A DNA stretch of 63,975 nucleotides, filler included, from Intoshia linei (lineage: Eukaryota > Animalia > Orthonectida): the NCBI GenBank assembly GCA_001642005.1. It is 6 parts of 6 records of this genome, joined end to end, with 100 filler letters (N's around TTAATTAATTAA, not from the genome) between each part and the next. Parts side by side here need not be neighbours in the genome. Positions count along the whole stretch, not along the records: positions 1 to 22,051 come from LWCA01000637.1; 5 more parts are not named here. The stretch is one strand, 5' to 3'. Numbering within the stretch: position 1 is the first letter of the stretch; each line of letters begins with the position of its first letter. The translations under genes were made by a program, and so were the position numbers. Shown in pieces: positions 1 to 17,500 of this stretch. Below the pieces are notes generated by a model. It worked only from the letters and a program-made list of their open reading frames with translations. It was not told the DNA's origin and made no database searches.

Positions 1-536
1 TTAAATTTCTTTTTGTTTCTAAAATTAATTAAGGTCTCTGAAATTTTTAATGCTATACTATATAATATATATAAATAAAAAAAAATTTTTTTCCCGGGAC
101 ATCTAATTTTTAATTTCCCGGTTCTCGATTTTTTTCATCTCTCGGGAAATCACAATCACTATAACCAAGCTCTTGAATGAGATTTTTAGCATAATCAAGC
201 AAATATTAAAACATCTGTAATCTATAAAAAAATAATGTGAAATTTCCCATCAAGGGCTAGGTTAAAAAAATTTTAAAAAGCCTTTCATTTTAAGGTTTGG
301 TAAAAAATATAATCTGAAAATCAGTAAACAGTGCTTCTATATTTAACGGATTCAAAATAACTGGAATTATTCGAAAATCGGGACTCTCTAGTAAGCACTA
401 AAAAATGTAAAATTTTTGGAAAAAATTGGACAAGGTTGAGAAACACTGACCTACATACAATTAAATTACATGCATCAACTTTTTTCTAATTATAACATGT
501 AAATAAGACAAAGAAATAAAACAACGAAAAAAATAC

Positions 537-2030
537 CTCAGCTTCATACATTTTAAGTAGACCACTATTGATTTTAGTCCAACTATTTACACCACTAATG
601 TTCCATAATTGATTGGAATGTTCGGAAAATGGTCCCGTTTTAACCTAATAGTCACAATGAAAAACAATATAATTCAAATTACAGTGTGAATATAATTAAC
701 CATATTGAAAAACAAAAAATTAACTGATAATTCAGCACATTTCACAGGATCAGTGTAACAAGATGTTGAAATGGAATCATTTCCTAAATAATAGAAACTA
801 CTGCAAATCGATCAATAATTTCAAAAATATAATATAATAAAAAATAAAACTTACCAATCAATTGAGAACTTCCAAAAATGAACGGAATGAATTGATAATC
901 ATCCAAACTCCACACACCATGACTGCCAGCTGGTTCAAGATGAAATTTTTCAATAACAAGTCTAACAATTTCTGTGTATCTAAAAAAATAGAATCCACTG
1001 CAAAAGTTTATGAATGAAATGTACCTTTCAAACAGGTAGAGTCCGATCGATGCATAATCATCCTTGCTTAAGAAGCCAATTTTTTCCAAACAACAAATAA
1101 AGGCCAAAAATGACAATTCGTGTCCTTTAACAAAAAATAAGAAGAGAATAAAAAAAATTACCAGTTCCAAAGTCAATTCTAGTACTATTACCAAATGCTT
1201 CAATAATGTAAGTAGAAATCTCAACGGAAGCATTGCTATAATTTCCGTTTAAAAATTTTTCAATTTCGGTTGGTATCTCCTATACACTGAAATGAAAATG
1301 GCAATGTAAAAATTCATTACGTTTTCAATTTTGTCATAGAAAACTCTGTATCCTGGAAAACCATACCTTTGAGAGCTCTTTTTTTCTCCGGTATTAGTGG
1401 ACACAGCAGTATTTTGTATAAAATCAAGTAAATTAATGACACTCATAATATTCTACAAATTTATTCATTATTACAATTAAAAATCTTCAATGTACAAAGG
1501 TTTTTAAATTAGAGCCTTACAGTGTTGTGGGCAAACTCGGCCCACAGACGGACCATTATGTGGTAATATTAAAATATGAATATGGTATAAATATTATGGG
1601 CAATCCATTTTATAATAAAAATCAATTTCAATTTAATAATGTAAATAATAAATTTGGTACAATTGTATTATGTAGTGGTAATACATGTACAAAAATCGTA
1701 TATCGAAAATGTGAGAAGTATTGGTAATGAAACAAAATTTACGACGGTAAGGGCGGCCAAGAACTGGATATTGTCTATTTTAAAGCTTCAAAACCGTTTA
1801 TCAATTAAATATATAGTACCTCAGAATGCTTAGACATCTTTGATACATTTTCACATTGCAAACTTACATTTTTCAAAAATGTCATTAAATCTTTATAAAT
1901 CTATTGAAAATTTTAAAAAGAAACATTGAAAGTAAAATACGTTTGAGTTTTTCCATTTATTCTCAAAAACTTCATAGTTGACTAGTTTTAAGGGTGTTTG
2001 AAAATTTTGTTCGGATTTACGAATATCCAT
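537..2030 (-). CDS. PTPA: PP2A phosphatase activator (PTPA/PPP2R4), multi-exon; last exon(s) not found, probably left of the window
   Basis: Spliced exons read MDIRKSEQNFQTPLK..KWKNS, FGNSTRIDFGTGHELSFLAF, LEPAGSHGVWSLDDYQFIPFIFGSSQL and KTGPFSEHSNQLWNISGV..KMYEAE, which are hallmark PTPA motifs; GT-AG introns. Confidence 0.95.
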
Positions 2031-3244
2031 TATCAAACGTATGTAAACTTTATTCAAATTTTAACAAAATTAAAAGAATAGTAAAATGAAATGCAATTGT
2101 ACGTTGTATCATTTGAATGATGATAGTTTGTAATTAATTAGCTTAGAGCCGAAACTACCGCAATTAGGCCCGAAGAGTGACCTCAACAAAATTTTTGTAT
2201 AATGGGATATCATTTTTCCGACTTGACTATTTACAAAAAATATTTATTTTTATTTTTGTTAATAAAATTATACAATACGATCTTTTGATTTACGATCTTT
2301 TGAACGGACACGAATTATATCTACAGTAGAGTTTTTCTATTTTTTTAATATACAAAATGGCATATATAGAAAATGATCCCCGCTTAATTTGCTGTAGAAT
2401 GGTATTAATATTTTTAATTTTTATCCAAAAAAACTTCCGCGTCTTAACGTTTAAAGTTTTCATTGATGATTTCTCACTTTTATGAAAATTTTTATAATCC
2501 ATTGTCGTGTTAATAAATTTAAATAATCCTTACTTATAAAAGTAAAATGGTTACAAAGGTATGTCTGTTTATTTACTAAGTTATTCTAAATTATTAAAAT
2601 TCTAAGTAAGGGGAGTCGAGTTTTACAATTTCCATATATCTAAAGCAGTTTTTCAGAGTCTATTAATAGAACAGAAGGAGTAATGTTTTATCTCAAATTT
2701 CAATTTCAGAAATTGATTCCTTCAAGGTTAAAATCCCAATTGTCCTTTGTTTTTAAATTCAAACCGTCCTAGAATTATAAAATTACACATTCTAATAAAA
2801 ATTTTAAATTCATCAATATTATGATAATTTTTAATTTGAAAACCTTATATCTTCACAGCCAAAACCCAAAATTACCCTTTTTGGTAAAAATTTAAATTAA
2901 AACTCTGTAATTACTATTACTACTTTTACTGTTACTGAGTTTTACTGTGACAGTGGACTACATTTTTTACAGAGTTTCTATAAAAACTAAGTTAAACACA
3001 CAAGTACTAAGTACAATGTACTTAGTACAAAGAGTAGTTTTGTAAATTCACCCTTTTGAAAAGCTAAACACAATTTGAATTTAATAATCATCAGCAGAAC
3101 AATCATCAATCCTATAAAAATTTATTAAATTTAATTCAAGGGAAATATGTAAAATCTAATAAAATCATTAACAAATGTAATAAGAAATAAATGGCAAAAA
3201 GTTTAATAAAAACAATATATTACAAATTAATGTTGGTATTTAAG

Positions 3245-8625
<5,381 letters not shown>

Positions 8626-8759
8626 GTTGATAAAATGTAGTTCTAATTAAGACTATAGTTACAGTTGTTATATGTATTTACACAAAAGTTGACACAAATT
8701 ATAAAATTACAAGTTGATACGATTTTAATTAATAAATGTACAATTATAAGTCAAGTAGT

Positions 8760-10470
8760 TTAACTACAACTTCCTTTTGAGTCATGTTCGTTGTTAATGC
8801 AGACCCACTCGGGAAGACTGGTATTCCAAATGCTCAACTAGAATATTAATTATTGGTGTATTATTAAAATTAAGAAACTTTGTTGTATTTTCCAGAAATT
8901 GCAACCAAATGACCAGTAGCAGACCATGAAATATTCCACATTGGTTCCTTGTTATTTTCAAGTAGTCGACAAATCCATTTATCATTTTCGTTTGTCAACA
9001 CGTTAACATGACCGTCCTAAATGTGTCTTAAACGTTTTAAAATGATTTAAAAAATTACAAAGCTAAATTATTGCTGACAAGTATTAAACTAAAAACCTGG
9101 GAGCATGATACTATAACATTTTGCATTAAAAATGGACCCCAAGAAACACAACGAACCCAATCGTTGTGTACAGATATAGTATGTTTCTCTATCCATTCCT
9201 GTTTGCTTGTATCAAAACTAAACACAATACATTGCATATAATTAACCATTTTTGCTTTACATGAGATGTAAAAACCCCTTCATAATTATAAGGGGTAATG
9301 TAATATGCTGCGTGATGATTTTTTGTTTTGGTTCAGAAACCAATTTTGTGTCACGTGATCCACTCCTTAAAATACCCATTATCAACGATTCCTAATGCCC
9401 TCAAAAACATTTTAGGAAAAACAGAAAATTTATCCTTACTTACAATATGTATTGTATATAAAATACTTTGTTTGTGTGTTATCGTTTATTTCAATAACTA
9501 CCAGTCTTAGAAGTTTATAAAGTCCACATTTCTATTAAAGTTTTTTTCCGGGATAAAATAAGTAAGTAAGATAAAATTAAACTCCCCACACTCACATCTT
9601 ACGGGTCAAAAAGCCAAATTATCCTTTTTTTTAAAACCCTAGAATTTGAAAAAATTTCAGGTGGTACAGTTGTATCCTGTTAACACACACAAAAACTTTT
9701 AATCTGAATAAGTGACGCCTTCACGGTCAAAAAAGCACTGTAGTATTCATATTTTTTTTCTGAAATATTTTATTAAAAAAAAATGTTAAATAATTAACGG
9801 TCCGACCATTAAAAAAAAAAAATAAGTCTGATACAGTTTATTCCAGTTGATATAAATACAAAATTTCAACTTAAAAATCTGAGAATTCCCGGCGAAAACT
9901 AATTTTTAATATATTATCAACCAATATTTTTCAAATATTTCGATTAAAATAGCAATTGAAAATGTAAATATTGATCCTAAATTTTTAAAAAAAATGTGCA
10001 TTAAACGTCTACGATTTCCAATAAAAAATTAAGGGTGAAAATCTATATAATTCATTCCTTCGGATTTTTTTCATTGCTACTCAATTATTCATTCTCAAAT
10101 ACTCACTTTCAAAAAATTTAACGAAAGTTATTTCAAAACTACAGCAACTAAAAGTACAACTTTGTTATTACATTTTTGTATTTATTACAATGCTTTGCCA
10201 TGTTGATAAAATTCATCCAAAATGTGTTTTTAAACTGCTTTTTGAGTTAATTAAAGAACTATATAAAAATTAAAAAACCTCCATATCTTAACATTGTTAT
10301 CACTTCCACCACTAACAATAATTCTATTGTGTTTGCCATCTTTATCCAAATAGTAAGGTGCCCAAGATATAGTATTGCAACTAACCTAATAAGTTCAAAT
10401 ACATTGTATATATTTAACACTTAAACGCATAACGTATTGTAAATCTACAAGCCAATTTCTTTTGATGTAT
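8760..10470 (-). CDS. SEC13: SEC13 WD40 protein, C-terminal half only
   Basis: Exons read SCNTISWAP..IVSGGSDNNVKIW, HNDWVRCVSWGP..IVSCSQDG, MWNISWSATGHLVAISG and EWVCIN; stop at 8760; 5' exons not found. Confidence 0.85.
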
Positions 10471-10673
10471 TTTATTAGTATAATAAAACTTATAGTGATA
10501 AAATCTATAGTGATCAATTTTAATATCAATCATTTTATAAATTTATTAACATTTGTAAAAAATCTTTACGCTTTTTAAATTATTTATATCAACAAACTCT
10601 TCAATCATCTATCGGTAAATAACTAAATTAATAATAAAAATAATTAATTCATTAATAGAAATTTTATCTCAAA

Positions 10674-11300
10674 ATGAATGAAAATAATGATACAAGTAGT
10701 GAAAGCTGTGATAGCGAATATTCTGACGCTAGCACAGATTATATGTCGGTAAATGAATATTTTATATCAAAAACTGATACTATTTGGTCCAATAAACCAA
10801 TCCCACGTCAAACATTACAATTTATAGAACATGTAAACATCAGAACATATGAATCTAGAGTGGGNAGATACGCAATATTATACATCATGTTTGAATATTA
10901 ATTAATTCTGAGTAACCTTAACATAATTTTGACGATAATTTAAATTTAAATACAGTATACTGTACAAAAATCTAAATATAAATCCATTTATATGAGTATT
11001 TAATTAATTAGTTAATTAAAATATAATAAGGCTCTAAAATTATTGCTTAGATTGTATATTTTTAAAAATCATCTTGCTCGCTATATACAGTCTCAAATAA
11101 GGCTCAGTTTTAGAACAATTTTATAGCTCAGAGAAAACGTAAAGTATTGCATTTTATTAGTGACACTTTTAATTGTTCACTTTGAATAATCTTTCGAAAT
11201 AATTTGATGAAATAGTTTGGCTTTTATTTTGTAAAATTTAAGTTTTTATGAAGTGAAAATGCTATGTAAATTTTAGTAAAAATGAATAGTCTCGTAAGGG
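10674..11300 (+). mobile_element. Partial piggyBac-type element: acidic transposase-like N-terminus plus a copy of the right end
   Basis: 10866-11300 is nearly identical to 7010-7417 and ends GTCTCGTAAGGG-TTAA; the ORF has an acidic leader then FISKTDTIWS, resembling piggyBac N-termini; a single N at 10865 marks the join. Confidence 0.75.
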
Positions 11301-12058
11301 TTAAGAATTACAATTTAACAAATATAGGTAACTAGCAGGTCGATAAATCGGATTATTATATTTCACTATGATACATATTTTTTAATTTTGTTAATTAAAT
11401 GCATAGTATGCACTTAAATCCATCCTTAATAAGTGTACATTAATTTTGAAAACAACAATATTTCTAATCGATGTAATACTTATCGGTAGTACTTATTTAG
11501 ATCAAACATTTTATTTAGGTTATAATATACAAAAGATATGACGATAAATATAAAATTTTTACAATTATTATAATCTTATGATCAACACTGTATATAATAA
11601 AAAATTGGTGGGGATTGTTCAAAAAATAGTTGTGAAAACTTGTACATACAATATACTATTTAGCAATTTTCATTAATGAATCAGGAAATAATAAAATTAT
11701 CAGAGTACATATCGTCAGAATTCAAGGACAAAATTGTGTTTCGTGTAATTATAATTTAAAATAACTCATGTATAAATATTTAAAATGCCAGATTCCTATG
11801 AAATAACGTTTACGTTAACAGGTTAACTAGAAAATGATGAAATTGTATAAAATTACATATAAATATAAAAATAGAATCGGCCTTATACAGAAAAAATGAA
11901 AACAGATAGAATTGAAATATTATATAAAGTCCAAGAAGAAAGAAAGATACATTTTATAGAAAAAAATTAATTTTATATTAAAAAAAGAAAGTATATTGTG
12001 AATAAAATAATAGTCATTTTAATTAAAATATTTACTGTATTATATGTACATTGTGTTA

Positions 12059-14012
12059 TCAATTTGGCATGAGGTTTTTGGGGGTAATATTATAATTTGG
12101 ACAATGTTGATGGTGGGAAAATGAAGTGTATCCATTTGAAGAAAATACACCGTAATTTGCATTCCGACATTTATGTTTATCACGGCTGTCGTAAATATTA
12201 TTTTCTCTAGCGTAAATTGACCATAGTCCAGATAGAATCTAAATAAAACCAATAATAATCTTGTATATGGAAAAACAAACAAAAAATATGAAATTCTAAT
12301 TCATAAAATTTGTTTGAGATTACGAAAAAATCCGTAGTGTCATATAACCCTAGCCCTATCTCCAAAGCATTTCACTTGACATTTTAAATTTATACAAAAT
12401 ATTTATACAATGTAATCTGTATGATTCAAGAATATAATTTTTAATGCTAAATATGGAAATATGAGGCCTCTATTTTATTTTTCCATTTAAAAATTTCCTC
12501 GCAATCCCGAAGTATCTCTGGTACGGTACGTTTGGCACTAATTCCATTACCCCTAGACCAATAGGACGCAGACTTAACATATATAACAGAAAATAATTGA
12601 AAACTCTAATTTTTTAAAAATTCAAGTTAAAAAAATGCGCCTTCCATTTTATAAAAATTTTGGCTAGCGCCCAAGTGGATCTCGGTATGGTTCGAATCTG
12701 TCTAGATGGGTATATGATCTGAAACTTTTTGTATAATATATTTATAAAATAATCACCTCGGCTGCAATCAAATCACCGGCATTTTTTGCAACAAGGCGTA
12801 TAATGAAAATACCATCCGTTTTAAGATAAAATTTACAAAACTTTTTGATATTAATTTGGTGATCTCTGGTTAAAACTCCGACTGCACTAAGTTGACGATT
12901 AACATAACGATTTTGAACTTTAACGCTAATTATTTCAAACATCCAACTGCTTAAACTGACGAAACTCAGTATTGTTACAAGTATAAACCAAAACCAAATA
13001 ATGATATAAATTTTTTCGTTAAACAGATTGATAGGCAAAACGCATTGAACAGTATAGCGTTGGACATTTCCGAGAGTTTTGATTTCAAAGTTGCAAAAGG
13101 TTACACGAGGAAATCGTTTTTCGCTGCGCCACTCTCGACCCTCTAAGAGTGCTTTGATAATTTCTATACCATGCATATGGTAGTCTGTGTTGAGGTAAAT
13201 GTTGAGTAAAAAAAGTTGTCCAACAGAGTTGAGAATATAAAGAAGTTTTACGAAAATGTACACACATGTAATATATTTTCCATATGACCGACTGGCTAAT
13301 ATGAAAGAACGCTTACTGATTGATCGTAGGATGCGAGACGCACAACCTCGTCCATCATTGGGTTTGATACCTAAATAGCCATCCAAGTGGTTAATCATGT
13401 ACATTAAAGTTCTGGTTCGATTATCTAAATATTACAATAAATGAATACATTTTGAAACTTACCCAATAAAGAGGCTCTCTGGCAGGTATTTGCAGCTTCA
13501 AGTAAAGTATTAATGTTTATACCAGATCGATGGCTTAAAACACGCCATATACAGCAAGGTACAAAAAATAAACAAGCCTGGCTCAATAATATGAGGGGAA
13601 TCCACTAAAATAAATAAAGACTACGAAACTTGTAAAATACTTGGTAATATCCAATTATTTCCTTTTGGTCTATTTTTTTAGGTATATCGTCATTAATGGG
13701 TAAAAAATAAGTATTAGATACCCAACAAACTTTATTGGCGTATTCTTCGTGGTTTTGAGTGAAAATTGCTGGAACCCAACAATTTATAGGTTCACCAACA
13801 TATTGTTTGGTGCTAAGTTTAATTCAGTCAATTTGTCAAAATAATTATACCTGACCAACATGGCAAAAAGCAATAGAAAAAATACGGTGTATTTGCGATT
13901 AACCCTGTCAGTAAAATCATCATCATTTCTAACTTTGATCTAAGACATGTAATTCTTATTATAAATGACTTACTTCACCCAATTGAGCTATCGCTCCTAA
14001 AACTTTGTCCAT
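12059..14012 (-). CDS. Innexin (invertebrate gap-junction protein), multi-exon
   Basis: DDDFTDRVN, KQYVGEPINCWVP, YANKVCWVSNTY, YYQWIP, FPRVTFC, CVLPINLFNEKIY..WFW, YLKTDGIF; last exon ILSGLWSIY..MPN-stop. Confidence 0.97.
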
Positions 14013-14565
14013 GGCTAAGGTTTAGGCCAAAGATATATACATAATTACAGAAAAATTTTTTGATGAGTAAATATTTAAATCATTTCCGATTTAGAGTTAA
14101 TTTGATTCAAAGAGCAAATGTGTAATACCATTCGTAAATGTTTATGTAGTATTGAAATAACATTTATCGAGAAATGCATCAAATCCTTTGTGTTTTCATA
14201 ATTGCGGACATAAAATTATTTATGTTATTGACCTTAGCGTAATTGACAAATAAACATATTTATTGAGAGATATTTTAGGTTAGTGGTAATTTTCTCAGGT
14301 GGCCCAGATAATAATGTGTTGTTTTGGACAACACCTAAGACAAAACTGCATAATTTAATTGCAGAACTCAGTTTATTACCTATTCGTTACATGAAGCTAA
14401 TTAAATTAATTACACGAATATTCTAATGTATCGATTATGTGGCAAATCTAATGTACAGTTTTATTTTAGCCTTACTGAGTTTACGAGTATCTGATCATTT
14501 ATCACTTTCAACTCTCAAGGTGTTAATTATATTCATTGATCAATTTACAATGTACATTTATTTCA

Positions 14566-17500
14566 TTATAAAATTAACTTTACAAACTGTTCGTATACAG
14601 TGCAAGATTCAGGTATGCTATGGTTTGGTATACTGAGAAACTAAACGAAATTTAGATGGTCAAGTTAAACATACATTTTTTAGAAAGGAGTCGACGCGTT
14701 TGATTTTGGAATTTTCTGTATTTTCAAATCCAGTTTTTGTTGGGGATTGTGTTTCGTTTAAAAAGTTTGCCAAGGGACCAGTATTTTCGGTAGTAAATAC
14801 TGATTCGGGAATTGAAACCTATACAATGAAGTAAATTTAATTAATCAAACCTTTTCGAAATCTTCAGTCTTTTGAGATATAGATATGATATTCTAAATCA
14901 AAAAATTAACCTTGGTACACGTAACAATCAATTTTACCTTATTTTGAGACGTTCCAAGTAATTCAACAAGACTATCAGTGTTATTCAACGTGAAAGGTGA
15001 GAAAATTATATTATTTACATAGTATTTAAATTTGTAAGAAAATACAAGATTAAAATCGATAGGGTTGAATACAATAACTAATTTAAAATAAATGCAAATG
15101 TAACAGAAATTACCTGTATTATCCATTAAGTATGCTGCAATAAAACTAGTGCTATTTGAATTTACAAAATATTTTACACTGAGCTCTTTTTTATACAATT
15201 CTAGAATTTTATAAAATAAAACATTTCATAAATGCACCTTGTGTCTCTAATATGTCCACAACAATCAACTCGCCGTCACCACAATATAAAAGCAAATTAG
15301 TAGAGTCATTTCGACCAAAAATAAAATTTCTAAATGTTATAGTTCGCATGCAATCATTTAAATTTACCTCGTCAAAACCTTTGAATCAAAGTTGAAGGTA
15401 TAGTCTTGACTAGAATGATAATCCCAAAATAAAAGGTGATTGTCACAAATATATCCAAATATTGAATAAGTTTCAGAAAATGATATTATGGGACAATATT
15501 TATCGAAATTTCCAGTGTGAATGCAATGCCAAATGTAAGAATTTGCTAATTTTCAATATATATAATAATTGTGTATTTACTTTGATTGCGTGAGCATTTC
15601 CATATTTTAAATACTCCCGATTTGGACATTGATACTACTACATTATCTAGATTTTTGTTTTCTGTATTTGACTTTAAATTCACAATTTTTCCTTTGTGTG
15701 GGTAATCAATAACTGTATTTAAAGAAACTCTAAATAAAATAAAAATGTTAAATAATATTTTTCTTTTTTAAATATATCAATTACACAGATTCATCATTGG
15801 TCAATTCCCAAAATTTTAGCCTATTTTCAGAAATGTATGAATTACTTTCTCTATACTCAAACGTTATTAACCAAGATTCCGTATAGTCTAATTCGGCCAA
15901 TTCTACATGAACGGGTTCAATTTTTTTTGTAGAAGATATTAAATTTTGTCCAATTATGCTAATCTAAATATAACATAAACATTAATCAAATGAATTGATT
16001 ATAGTAATTTCAACTTTATCTTGAGAAACCCTAAATCTTTAAAAACAACTTTAAAAAACCCTTACAATTGAAATTTTAAACACTATGCCGTTTAACCTTT
16101 CAAAATGAAAATATGAATGAGACCATTCTCAAAAATTGTACCAAATATATTTATTGTCAACGTTAGTACATAAAATTATTGAGGCTACATTTAAAAAAAT
16201 TTGATTTTGTGACCCGACTAATATATAACTAAACTAAAGAATACTATACAAACTAAACCATGGTTTCTTAACCGGGGTACTAGCACCCTTAGGGGTGCTA
16301 GAATTAATTTCAGGGGTGCTGGAAAAACTATTCTTATTTTTAAAAATGTTAATAAAAAAATCCAACTAAACGTATTTTATCACTCAAATAGGTGTATATT
16401 GATATATGCATAAAGTTCGCAAATGTAACAATGAATACGTAAAGTATGGATTTACTAAACTTATATAAAGTGGAAAGAATCATAGAGCTCAATGAGCTCA
16501 TGAATTGTCATTTTACATTTAGACCAGATTGTATCAAAAAAACGGTAAAATGGACTAAAAAGTTTATAAGATTGTTTTACAAGTATTTGTAAATGAAATA
16601 ACTAAATGGAATACAAATGGAGGATATGTATTCCAGCAACATTTAGCTCCTTTCACAAAGCTAAATCCATCACTTGATATGTTAGGGATAAGGGTATTTC
16701 TGTTCTGGATTGGCCTAGAAATTCGCCAGACATGAATCCTATAGAAATTTTGTGGTCGCAATTGAAAGAACAGGTTTAACAAATTGAAATTAGAACTAAA
16801 TCTAAATTGATTGATGGCATCAATTTTGTCAGGAGCAATTCATCTACAATTAAAGAAGTATCGAAAAGATACTTCCAATCGAGGTATAAATCCAATACAT
16901 CGCAGAATTAAATCCCTAATCACCGCTAAAGAAGGAACCACCAAGGATTAAATGTATACAAATAAATATAAATATGTATTTAACCCGTAATTAAAAATTT
17001 ATTTTATTTGGTTTACTCATATCATATAAACCAATCAATGTGTAAAAATAAATAATTATAATATTATGATCAACCCTGTAGTTCAGTGCTTTCCAACCGG
17101 TGTGTCGTGACACTTTTGTGTGTCGCCAAACTTATAATTTTATTTAAATTCCATTAGCAGACAATATAATTGGAAGACACAAAAATGCAAATCAAAAATA
17201 TTTTTAGTGATAATGATAAATTTTGCATAGTTTATTTTCAGATTATCACTAGAAAAAAATTGGTTCAACTATATTTATTAATCAATCGTTTATTTTTTTG
17301 ATTGGTGTGTCGCGAAATTTTTTGAGATTGAAATATGTGTCGCCAACCAAAAATGGTTGGAAAGCACTGCTGTAGTAATGACTACTAGTCAAATTCCGTT
17401 TAGCCACTTTTAATTTTTTTAAATTCTAAAATTTAGTATAATGGCTTATCTTGGCATTTCAGTCACAAATTTTTAAAATTATAAGATTTGGTTAATTATA

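Noticed and set aside
11676-11970. Possible small + strand gene (MNQEIIKLSEY...)
   Set aside because: No consistent spliced frame or recognisable motif could be built
12040-12282. Listed 80-aa ORF as a separate gene
   Set aside because: Another frame of this interval is the last innexin exon
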